In this document: piece by piece, positions 1 to 7,816 of the stretch | Layout: every line of letters begins with the position of its first letter | Position numbering within the stretch: the stretch's first letter is position 1 | From: a bacterium | Lineage (GTDB): Bacteria > Patescibacteriota > Minisyncoccia > Minisyncoccales > CG1-02-41-26 | DNA: 64,000 nucleotides | NCBI GenBank assembly: GCA_030616605.1 | Contig: JAUWWY010000004.1 | Location: forward strand, 1,101-65,100 | Direction: 5' to 3' | Program-made: the position numbers and the translations under genes | The notes under the pieces: generated by a model | What the model saw: only the letters and a program-made list of their open reading frames with translations | What the model was told of the DNA's origin: nothing | Databases searched by the model: none

Positions 1-390
1 CCAGAAAGTTTAGTCTCTTTTGAAGCAGAGGATATGATTAATGATTTGAAAGAAAGAGTAAGAGAAAATCTTAAAATCACTTTTGAAAAATACCTCAGCC
101 AAATCAAAAAAACTGAAAAAGATTTAAAAAAATCTTTTTTTGAGAAAGCAAAAGAAAAAGTAAAGAATTTTCTGATTTTAAGAGAGATTGGCAAAAGAGA
201 AAATATTGAAGTTAAAGATGAGGAGGTTGAATCTGCAATTAATGATTTTTTAGCGAATTTCCCGGATACTAAAAAAGCCAAGGAACTTGATATTAATCGG
301 CTTAAAGACTATTATAAAGGAGTGTTGTATAATGAGAAAATCTTTAAGAAACTTGAAAACTATGTCACCAATAATCCCAACAATAATTGA
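1..390 (+). CDS. tig: trigger factor, C-terminal fragment (5' end outside window)
   Basis: Frame 1 is open from base 1 into ORF 34..390. K/E-rich helical tail with '...[23 protein letters not shown]...' resembles the trigger-factor C-terminal arm. Lies directly upstream of clpP (classic tig-clpP order). Confidence 0.65.
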   Translation, partial: PESLVSFEAEDMINDLKERVRENLKITFEKYLSQIKKTEKDLKKSFFEKAKEKVKNFLILREIGKRENIEVKDEEVESAINDFLANFPDTKKAKELDINRLKDYYKGVLYNEKIFKKLENYVTNNPNNN

Positions 391-949
391 AAAATCACAA
401 AAAGGAGAAAGAGCTTATGATATTTTTTCCCGTCTTTTGGAAGAAAGAATAATATTTTTAGCCGGTCCTATTACTGATGCCCTGGCTAATTTAGTTATAG
501 CTGAAATTTTGTATTTAACTTCAAAGAGTCCCCATCAAGATATCAAACTCTATATTAACACTCCGGGCGGAGTAGTAACGTCGGGTTTGGCAATTTATGA
601 TACGATGCAATACGTGGATTGCGATGTTTCAACTATTTGTGTTGGAATAGCCGGTTCAATGGGAGCTACTTTATTGGCTGCTGGTGCTAAAGGAAAGAGG
701 TTTGCCTTGCCAAATTCAGAGATTTTATTGCACCAGGTAGCTGGAGGAATCAGAGGACAAGCAGCTGAAATTGAAATCGGAGCCCGTCAAATTTTAAAGA
801 TTAAAAAAAACCTTAATCAAATTTTAGCCAAACACACTGGTCAACCCTTAAATAAGATTGAGAAAGACACAGATAGAGACTTTTATTTGTCGGCTGAAGA
901 AGCAAAGAAGTACGGTATTATTGATGAAGTAATTAAAGGCAAAAAATAG
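362..949 (+). CDS. clpP: ATP-dependent Clp protease proteolytic subunit
   Basis: '[33 protein letters not shown]', '[18 protein letters not shown]' and '[11 protein letters not shown]' are ClpP hallmarks, including the Ser nucleophile context. ORF track starts at 287. ATG at 362 (MSPIIPT...) fits the usual N-terminus; ATG at 332 is an alternative. Confidence 0.9.
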   Translation: MSPIIPTIIEKSQKGERAYDIFSRLLEERIIFLAGPITDALANLVIAEILYLTSKSPHQDIKLYINTPGGVVTSGLAIYDTMQYVDCDVSTICVGIAGSMGATLLAAGAKGKRFALPNSEILLHQVAGGIRGQAAEIEIGARQILKIKKNLNQILAKHTGQPLNKIEKDTDRDFYLSAEEAKKYGIIDEVIKGKK

Positions 950-968
950 AAATTAAAAGGTCTAAATA

Positions 969-987
969 ACAGAGAACAGTTCTCTGT
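969..987. promoter_or_regulatory. perfect 19-nt palindrome ACAGAGAAC-A-GTTCTCTGT (copy 1)
   Basis: Read directly. Lies 20 nt after the clpP stop and is preceded by AAAGGTCTAA. An identical copy is at 5905..5923. Confidence 0.6.
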
Positions 988-1011
988 AAATTTTAAAACT
1001 AAAAAAAGAAA

Positions 1012-1524
1012 ATGAAGAAATTACTTTTTCGTATTATCATATTGATTGTTGCTGTAGTAATTATTGGTCTGATTTACCTTTTGTTTGAAGAAGACGAGGT
1101 TCCTGAGGATTTGTCAGAAGAAGGAATTGCTGAAGGTGAGGTTCCACCCCTCTCTCTAGAAGAAAAACCAGGAGATACTGGAGAGGTCTGGCTTAAAGAT
1201 GAGGAAAGCGGCGAAGAAGAACGTTTAGTTACTCCTATTATACCTTCGGTTATATTCAGCACTTCGGGAATCATCCTTGAGCTAAAATCAGACTCTCTAA
1301 TTATTGCTGGTGATGGCTATAACTTCGCTGACCAAACTTCCAGAAACCTGACTTGTATTTTCGCTGATGAAACCTTAACTTTTACTAAAAACCAAGTTCA
1401 GCGTTATTCTGGTCAGGAAGGCCTGAAATATTTGGAACAAGGAATGAAAGTGTTAATATCTTCCAATGAAAATATTCGAGGTAAAACCGAATTCAAAATA
1501 AAAACAATTAATATACTTAATTAA
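1012..1524 (+). CDS. hypothetical N-terminally membrane-anchored protein
   Basis: ORF with a hydrophobic N-terminal helix (FRIIILIVAVVIIGLIYLLF), an acidic linker and a small C-terminal domain. No recognised family. Confidence 0.5.
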   Translation: MKKLLFRIIILIVAVVIIGLIYLLFEEDEVPEDLSEEGIAEGEVPPLSLEEKPGDTGEVWLKDEESGEEERLVTPIIPSVIFSTSGIILELKSDSLIIAGDGYNFADQTSRNLTCIFADETLTFTKNQVQRYSGQEGLKYLEQGMKVLISSNENIRGKTEFKIKTINILN

Positions 1525-1555
1525 ATAAAGGTCTAATAATTTGTATAGTTTCCCG

Positions 1556-1582
1556 CCATAATTTTGCTCGGCAAAATTATGG
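1556..1582. promoter_or_regulatory. 12-bp inverted repeat (CCATAATTTTGC tcg GCAAAATTATGG)
   Basis: Read directly in the 1525-1603 spacer. No T-run follows, so it is either a weak terminator for the 1012 gene or a leader hairpin for the 1604 gene. Confidence 0.35.
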
Positions 1583-1603
1583 GGGTGGCTAACAATTTCT
1601 AAT

Positions 1604-3160
1604 ATGTTCAAACAAAAATTAAAATCAATTGCTTTTTTAAGTAGTATTCTTATTTTAAGTTTCGCTTCAGCTCTTTTCATTCTTGCCTGGACTTCTCCTG
1701 CAGAGGTTCCTCCAGGAGGAAATGTTGATACTCCAATTAATGTGGGAACAAGTCCTCAAGCTAAAGCTGGGAGGATTTCAGCCACTGAATTTTACGATTA
1801 CAACGATAACGCCTATTATCTGGATCCTGATGGTCAATCAGTTTTAGCCGGCCCTGTCGGCATCGGGACGGTGAGTCCCTCAGCTTCTCTGGATATTGCT
1901 GGTGATGGTGTGAGTGGGCCATCGTTAGAAGTGGCGGATACTAGATTAGTGGCTTTTAAGTACGGTCCCGCAGGCTTTAATGTGACCGGCGCACCAATCA
2001 TATTGAAGTATACATATAGTGGTGGTACTTACGGCAAAAATTTTGGTTCGTGGCTCATTGAGCTCTCTGCTAGAGATGATAGCAACGAGTACCTGCATGA
2101 GCTGTGGTATTTTGAGGTTAACAGGAAGTGGTCTAGTACTCCTGGAGCTAATGCAACTTTTTATTATGATGCCCATAGAATTTCAGGAACTAAAAACGTT
2201 CGATTGTTTGAGACATCTAACACAGGAACATCAGGGAATGGTTTACAATTAGAGTGGGAGTTGTCAAACGATGGTGCTGGCTTTAATGATAGTGTTGAAA
2301 TAACTGTTATGGAACTATCAGCAGGTCACGATGGGGGACATATTGGTACTTGGGAAGCCATTACCTATGCTTCTAGAGGCGGTGGTACTGAGAAGACCAG
2401 GGGCGGTACTGGCCATGCCACTTTTGGTGGAACAGGCTACCATTGGTTAATGGGCAAAGTCGGCATCGGGACAACGAGTCCGGGATATGCATTGAGTGTT
2501 GTTGGGGACATAAATATTACCGGTGATTTTAGACAGAACGGAACGATTTTTGAAGGCGGTGGAGAAAGTCCTTGGAGCACCTGCACCAATGGTATCTGTT
2601 ACAACGCTGGCAATGTCGGCATCGGGGTAGAAGATCCTGATTATACTTTAGAAGTACAAATTACAGAATATGCCGCGGGAGGCATTAAAGTTTCGGACCC
2701 AGATGATACCATTGCAACAATAGGAGATTGGGCAGGCACTGGCGAGATTGGTGCTGTGAGGCTTTTTTATGAAGGAACAGAAAATGTGAGAATACTTAGT
2801 AGTGGAGATTCTTATTTTACGGGAGGAGATGTCGGCATCGGGACAACGGATCTAAGTTCACCTTTTGATGATAAGCCACTAGTTATACAGGGTATAGGAA
2901 CCGGTCATGAATTAGTCGGTTACAGAGATGCCAGTGGAACGGCAAAGTGGCACTGGAATATGTATGGTGATGGATTGAATTTAGCCGAAACAGGGGTTGC
3001 TGATGGCAGGTTATTTATCGAATACGGCGGTGATGTTGGCATTGGGACAAGGTCGCCGGCTGAGAACTTACATGTAGCGGGGAAAATAGCAATAGGTGAT
3101 TCAACTCCGAAAAAGATTTACGAATCTGGTGGAGATCTGATTATAGATATAAGCAACTGA
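1604..3160 (+). CDS. secreted repeat protein with five 'VGIGT-x-x-P-x-x-x-L-x-V' motifs (fibre/tail-fibre-like)
   Basis: Signal-anchor N-terminus. Motifs are PVGIGTVSPSASLDIAG, KVGIGTTSPGYALSVVG, NVGIGVEDPDYTLEV, DVGIGTTDLSSP and DVGIGTRSPAENLHVAG. The DNA 12-mer GTCGGCATCGGG recurs exactly at about 1856, 2459, 2625 and 2830. Confidence 0.7.
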   Translation: MFKQKLKSIAFLSSILILSFASALFILAWTSPAEVPPGGNVDTPINVGTSPQAKAGRISATEFYDYNDNAYYLDPDGQSVLAGPVGIGTVSPSASLDIAGDGVSGPSLEVADTRLVAFKYGPAGFNVTGAPIILKYTYSGGTYGKNFGSWLIELSARDDSNEYLHELWYFEVNRKWSSTPGANATFYYDAHRISGTKNVRLFETSNTGTSGNGLQLEWELSNDGAGFNDSVEITVMELSAGHDGGHIGTWEAITYASRGGGTEKTRGGTGHATFGGTGYHWLMGKVGIGTTSPGYALSVVGDINITGDFRQNGTIFEGGGESPWSTCTNGICYNAGNVGIGVEDPDYTLEVQITEYAAGGIKVSDPDDTIATIGDWAGTGEIGAVRLFYEGTENVRILSSGDSYFTGGDVGIGTTDLSSPFDDKPLVIQGIGTGHELVGYRDASGTAKWHWNMYGDGLNLAETGVADGRLFIEYGGDVGIGTRSPAENLHVAGKIAIGDSTPKKIYESGGDLIIDISN

Positions 3161-3162
3161 GC

Positions 3163-5895
3163 ATGAAAAAGAACAAATTATTCATTTTTCTTGCAATAAC
3201 AGTCTTCATATTTTTAATTATTAATACCGAATCAGCTTTTGCTATTTGTGAGAGTAATTGGGATTGTGCTCCCTGTCAACAATGTATAGGTGGTGCTTGT
3301 TTTAACGCATGTTATGGTTGCGAAAGCTGTATCGGTGGTAGCTGTGTAGATGATGACTGGAATTGTTCTGGTTGCCGAAGCTGCAGCTATGGTAGTTGTG
3401 TGGATGATCAAAATAAATGTTCTGGTTGCCAAAGTTGCAGCTGGGGTAGCTGTGTGGATGATAACAGTAACTGCGATATTTGGGGTTGCGAAACGTGTAG
3501 CTTTGGTAGCTGTGTTTATGGATGTACTGGTTGTGAAAGTTGCACTTCTGGTTTTTGTGCGGATGATGACTGGAATTGTACTGGTTGCCAAAAGTGCGAG
3601 TGGGCTAGCTGTGTAGATAAAAACGATGAATGTGGTCCTTGCGAGTACTGTATCGGTGGTTTTTGTTATAGCAGCATAGGTTACTGCGGCAACTGCGGTG
3701 TTTGTAATTGGGATTGTTATAGTTTGGGTTCCGCTGCGTGTTCGGGTGAATGTCATACTTGTGTAGGTATATATCGGTATGAAGGATTTTTAGAGAAATT
3801 TTTATGGCAATACTGGTGCGCGAATGATAACAGTAAATGTACTGCTCCCGATGTTTGTTTTAACGGTAATTGTTGTACCCCGGGCACTTGTGGAAGTCTT
3901 GGTGTGGATTGCGGCACAAACATAGATGATGGATGTGGTGGTACTATAAATTGCGGTGGTTGTGGTCCCTGTGGTATTTGTAGTAGTGGGACTTGTTCTG
4001 CTGGCAACTGTGGTACTGGTTGTCAAACCTGTCAGGAAACAAGTTCAAATTACTATCGGTGCCGAGATGATAGCACTCAATGTTCTGCGTGTCAGTCCTG
4101 TCAGTCAGATGTATGTACGACAGGATATGGTGAATCCGACAAGGAATTAAAAATAATTAAAGATGGTAAAGTTTTAGCAGGTATTGACAGTGCTGGTACG
4201 ATGATGATAAGGGGTATTAGAAAATATGGCTCTCCTCCTGATGGTTTTAAAATTAAAGGTGGCAGTACTGCAGCTAATTCTGTGACTATAAGACCGAATT
4301 GGTATGGTGATTCCGAGAATTGGAGTGTATACCCCCCTGGCACAAGCTGGAACTACCAAGCTGTGGATGATACAGGTACCAGTGATGGTGATAGCACATT
4401 TGTTCAAGCTGGACCTAATGCGACCGATCTTTATAACATGCAGACATCAGCCGTGCTTACAGGCAAGACAATCACCAATGTAAAGGTCAAGTACAGGTGT
4501 AAAATCAGTCAGGGTGAACCAGGTGTGGCAGTACTCGTCAAGAGTGGTAGTTCTCAAATCCTAACATTCTCTGAAACATTAGGGCCTGGTTACATTCTTT
4601 TCTCTAAGACATTTTCTAGCAAACCAGGCGGTGGTAGCTGGACTAAGAGCGATATAGACAGTTTACAAGTAGGTATTGTTGCTAGCGGTCCTGCTGCTGT
4701 GCCTAACGGTAACGGCCCTCCTCCTATAAATGGCCGTCCTCCTGTAATTATGTCGCTGGTTGCAGGAACCAAAGTGCTGATGGCAGATGGGAAATATAAG
4801 AATATAGAGGATGTCCAGGTTGAAGATTTGGTTACCTCGTTTGATGTTGAAGCTTGGGAGTTTAAACAAGCGCGTGTTAGTAAAAAGACCACAGGTAGTA
4901 AACCCTATCTTGAGATTAATAAGGCATTAAAAGTTTCATTGACTCACCCTGTTTATGTTGTTGGAAAGGGATTTATTCCTGCCAGCGAGATTATTATTGG
5001 AGACCGACTCATCAATGAACAAGGTCAAGAAAAAGTAGTTGAAACTATTATTTTTGTTGATGAAAAAGTAGCTGTTCATGATATCGCCTTAGATTCTTTC
5101 CAGACCTTTTTCGCTGATGAATATCTTGTCCACAATGCCCTTGCCGTTTCTCATAAAGCTCGATGTACCCAGGTCTATGCTGTGGTTAATTACACAGAAA
5201 CGATTACAACCATTTCTGGGATTGATTCTAATGGTAATCTTTGGCTTCCAGGAAATCTTTATCAGAATTCAACCCCAGCACCAACAGGCAAAAAAGAACT
5301 TCTTGTAAAAGGTGCGGTTGGTAATCTTGCTAAGTTTGATGACTCTGGAAACCTTTATTTGAGGTGTGCTCTTATCCAGGATGGCTGGAGAATTCCAGAT
5401 TATACCTACCACGAACTGCCAAATTCTGCTTATGGAGGTTCAGGAAGTAATGACTGGGATAATTTTTATAATATAACCAGTTACAGTGGTTATGCAAAAA
5501 GTCGTATAGATGATGAGTATCATAGTGACTCATTAAAAGCTTTTGATTTTGAATTTGATGATTATCTGACTGCTGATGCAAGAGGAATTACAGGTATTGA
5601 AGTTAAGATAAGACATAAATCAAGTGACTCATGGTGTATTGAGGATTATATAGTGAAATTACTTGATGGAGATGGATACTCTGTAGGAAATGACAAGAGT
5701 GAGTGGGAAGGCTGGTCAACGAGTCCAGAGACTATTACTTATGGTGGTCAAGGGGATACGTGGGGAGCAGGTCTTACTGTAGATGATATTAGAAGTTCTA
5801 ATTTTGGGGTTCGTTTAAGGGCATATAATGATTGTGATAGCCGTGAGAATGCATATGTTTACTGGATAACAATAAAGATTTATTATTACAGATAA
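3163..5895 (+). CDS. giant secreted Cys-rich protein with embedded Hint/bacterial-intein-like domain (paralog A)
   Basis: Signal peptide (LFIFLAITVFIFLIINTESAFA). About 300 aa of CxxCxxC repeats. 'CGTNIDDGCGGTINCGGCGPCG' motif. Two beta-sandwich-like modules and a 128-aa Hint domain. Paralogous to 7817..10570. Confidence 0.85.
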   Translation: MKKNKLFIFLAITVFIFLIINTESAFAICESNWDCAPCQQCIGGACFNACYGCESCIGGSCVDDDWNCSGCRSCSYGSCVDDQNKCSGCQSCSWGSCVDDNSNCDIWGCETCSFGSCVYGCTGCESCTSGFCADDDWNCTGCQKCEWASCVDKNDECGPCEYCIGGFCYSSIGYCGNCGVCNWDCYSLGSAACSGECHTCVGIYRYEGFLEKFLWQYWCANDNSKCTAPDVCFNGNCCTPGTCGSLGVDCGTNIDDGCGGTINCGGCGPCGICSSGTCSAGNCGTGCQTCQETSSNYYRCRDDSTQCSACQSCQSDVCTTGYGESDKELKIIKDGKVLAGIDSAGTMMIRGIRKYGSPPDGFKIKGGSTAANSVTIRPNWYGDSENWSVYPPGTSWNYQAVDDTGTSDGDSTFVQAGPNATDLYNMQTSAVLTGKTITNVKVKYRCKISQGEPGVAVLVKSGSSQILTFSETLGPGYILFSKTFSSKPGGGSWTKSDIDSLQVGIVASGPAAVPNGNGPPPINGRPPVIMSLVAGTKVLMADGKYKNIEDVQVEDLVTSFDVEAWEFKQARVSKKTTGSKPYLEINKALKVSLTHPVYVVGKGFIPASEIIIGDRLINEQGQEKVVETIIFVDEKVAVHDIALDSFQTFFADEYLVHNALAVSHKARCTQVYAVVNYTETITTISGIDSNGNLWLPGNLYQNSTPAPTGKKELLVKGAVGNLAKFDDSGNLYLRCALIQDGWRIPDYTYHELPNSAYGGSGSNDWDNFYNITSYSGYAKSRIDDEYHSDSLKAFDFEFDDYLTADARGITGIEVKIRHKSSDSWCIEDYIVKLLDGDGYSVGNDKSEWEGWSTSPETITYGGQGDTWGAGLTVDDIRSSNFGVRLRAYNDCDSRENAYVYWITIKIYYYR
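3265..3680 (+). repeat. in-frame tandem array of ~54-bp units encoding G-C-x-x-C-x-x-G-x-C-V-D-D-x-x-x-C
   Basis: Units start at 3316 and 3370 (GGTTGC...) and continue with slightly variable length for about 7 copies. This array explains the spurious ORFs 3232..3756(-) and 3350..3616(+). Confidence 0.8.
4753..5136 (+). other. Hint / bacterial intein-like (BIL) domain, paralog A
   Basis: Block A-like 'SLVAGTKVLMADG', block B-like 'SLTHPVYV', and block F/G-like 'VHDIALDSFQTFFADEYLVHN' followed by Ala. Codons were located by hand: Ser 4753-4755, Asn 5134-5136. Confidence 0.75.
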
Positions 5896-5904
5896 GAAAA
5901 AATT

Positions 5905-5923
5905 ACAGAGAACAGTTCTCTGT
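5905..5923. promoter_or_regulatory. perfect 19-nt palindrome ACAGAGAAC-A-GTTCTCTGT (copy 2)
   Basis: Identical to 969..987. Lies 10 nt after the stop at 5895 and 6 nt before the ATG at 5929. Confidence 0.6.
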
Positions 5924-5928
5924 TAAGT

Positions 5929-7254
5929 ATGAAAAGAAATTTATCAATAACTTTTTTAATTTGCTTAATAATTTTTAGTTTATTCTTAGGGATTTTTGCT
6001 TTGCTTTTTCAAAATAAACTAGAAGAGATTAAAGCCCAACCCAGGGAGAGGATTTCGCCCGGTTTTAGGGTATTTGAAGATAACAATGTTTCAGAATGGG
6101 CTTGGTCAGAAAATATTGGCTGGGTTAGTTTTAATTGCACTAATCGGAGGACTTGTGAGACTTCTAATTACGGAGTTAATATTGGTTCTGATGGAATTTT
6201 TTCCGGCTATGCCTGGTCAGAGCATATTGGCTGGATAAAGTTTGACCCAAATGGACCTTACCCAGAGAACCCCCAATATTCAGCAAAAATGGATTTAGAA
6301 ACTGGCCAAGTTTCTGGTTGGGCCAGGGCTTTGGCTTATAACGGTGGCTGGGATGGTTGGATAAAATTAAGAGGGTTGGCTACTGATGGCAGTTCTTATG
6401 GAGTGAGCTTGAATTTAACCAGCAGAGAATTTGAGGGCTGGGCTTGGGGAGGTGGAGAAACTGCTTCTTCTTCAGTAATAGGCTGGCTCAGTTTTAATTG
6501 CATTAATCAAGATGTATGTGGAGCTTCAGATTACAAGGTAATAACGAGCTTTAGCTTACCACCGACAGCCAGTGAACTTTCTGCTATTGGTCAAGCTTAT
6601 TGTAGCACCCCTTCGGAAGGTTTCTCTTGGACATTTTCTGACCCGGATGGCGATACACAAGGGGCTTATTGGCTTCAGGTAGATAAAGAGGGAGATTTTG
6701 CTTCTTTTGGAAATGGGGAATTTGACTCAGGCAAAGTAGTGTCAGCTTCTCCTGATAAGTCAATACTAATAGCAAAAACCCCAGGCGAGGGCCAACTTGC
6801 TTATAATACTGATTACTTTTGGCGCTTAAAAGTTTGGGATGATGGAGATATTCCTTCAACTGGTTGGATATCTGGCCCTGAATTTGATACAGAGATTCAT
6901 ATCTATCCTGTGCCTGACTTCAATTGGATTCCTTTTCCACCAACCGAAGGAGAAGTTGTTCAGTTTTGTGCTACTCAGGAAGCTGCATCTTGCTCTGAAG
7001 ATATAAGTAAATGCTATGACAGCGATAATAATCTTATTTCCTGTTCTGGAAAAACTTTCCTTTGGACTTTTCCTGAAAACAGTGAGTTTGCCACTGGAAG
7101 TTCAGCAACCTCAGAAAACCCTCAAGTCAAATTTATGACAACTGATTCTGTTAATGTTTCTCTTGATATCACTGATGATGTTGGTTCTTGTACCATTACT
7201 AAAGAAATTGGAATAACTATTCCTTTACCTAAGTGGAAAGAAATAGGACCGTAA
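5929..7254 (+). CDS. secreted protein with W-x-E-x-I-G-W-(I/V)-x-F repeats and a C-terminal PKD-like domain
   Basis: Signal anchor. Four repeats: EWAWSENIGWVSFNC, GYAWSEHIGWIKFDP, GWDGWIKLRG and SSVIGWLSFNC. 'FSWTFSDPDGDTQGAYWLQV...YFWRLKVWDD' is Fn3-like. 'FLWTFPENSEF...VNVSLDITDDVGSCT' is PKD-like. Confidence 0.75.
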   Translation: MKRNLSITFLICLIIFSLFLGIFALLFQNKLEEIKAQPRERISPGFRVFEDNNVSEWAWSENIGWVSFNCTNRRTCETSNYGVNIGSDGIFSGYAWSEHIGWIKFDPNGPYPENPQYSAKMDLETGQVSGWARALAYNGGWDGWIKLRGLATDGSSYGVSLNLTSREFEGWAWGGGETASSSVIGWLSFNCINQDVCGASDYKVITSFSLPPTASELSAIGQAYCSTPSEGFSWTFSDPDGDTQGAYWLQVDKEGDFASFGNGEFDSGKVVSASPDKSILIAKTPGEGQLAYNTDYFWRLKVWDDGDIPSTGWISGPEFDTEIHIYPVPDFNWIPFPPTEGEVVQFCATQEAASCSEDISKCYDSDNNLISCSGKTFLWTFPENSEFATGSSATSENPQVKFMTTDSVNVSLDITDDVGSCTITKEIGITIPLPKWKEIGP

Positions 7255-7383
7255 TATTCAACTTAACAACTTAACAATCAAACAATTTAACATGAGAGAA
7301 GAGATTTTTTTTGAGCAACTGAAGAAGAAAATGGATAAATATGTTCATTTGATTTGGTATTTTGACATTTAATTTTAAAAATT

Positions 7384-7803
7384 ATGAAAAAGCCAATTTT
7401 AATCGTTTTAATTAGTGTTGGAATTATAATTGTTTTGACTATTGTCTTGAGTTTTGTTTTTAATTATGGTCAAAAATTAGGAGAAAAAACAGGTAGAGCT
7501 CTTATTTTGAATTTATTGGAGTCCAAAGTGACTAGGGGTTTAAGTGTTGGTGTCTCCGGTGAAATTACTGAAATATCTGATCGCACTTTAACTCTAAGTG
7601 CTGAAGAAGATACTTTGACTGTTTTAATTAGAGACGATGCTCCCATTCACCGTTTGATTCGGTCCGAAGAATACCAACCTGGTCAACCAGTAACTAGAGA
7701 AGAAATAGAATTCGAAGCCATTAAAATTGGAGACTGGATTGGTATTTCCTGCGAATTAAAAGCAGATGGAACTTTAGAGGGAATAGGTATAACAATTTTT
7801 TAG
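7384..7803 (+). CDS. hypothetical N-terminally membrane-anchored small protein
   Basis: ORF with one N-terminal TM helix and a small beta-rich domain. Same architecture as 1012..1524. Confidence 0.5.
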   Translation: MKKPILIVLISVGIIIVLTIVLSFVFNYGQKLGEKTGRALILNLLESKVTRGLSVGVSGEITEISDRTLTLSAEEDTLTVLIRDDAPIHRLIRSEEYQPGQPVTREEIEFEAIKIGDWIGISCELKADGTLEGIGITIF

Positions 7804-7816
7804 TTTTTCATTATTT

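Noticed and set aside
3232-4407. Long ORFs antisense to, or in other frames of, the Cys-rich gene: 3232..3756(-), 3350..3616(+), 3753..4007(-), 3802..4026(-), 3956..4150(+), 4101..4343(-) and 4174..4407(-). Analogous ORFs occur in paralog B.
   Set aside because: They lie entirely inside a long, repeat-structured, signal-peptide-bearing ORF. Their low-complexity T/A/V-rich translations are what periodic TGY/GGT repeats give in other frames. No independent start or RBS evidence exists.
4753-5136. Canonical self-splicing intein
   Set aside because: The residue following the terminal His-Asn is Ala in both paralogs, with no Cys/Ser/Thr +1 nucleophile, and there is no homing-endonuclease insert. 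I therefore call it a Hint/BIL-type autoprocessing domain, not a true intein.
7300-7380. 26-codon ORF (ATGAGAGAAGAG...TTTAA) and AACTTAACA direct repeats in the 7255-7383 spacer
   Set aside because: The ORF is too short and lacks an RBS or conservation evidence. The repeats are low-complexity AT-rich sequence.
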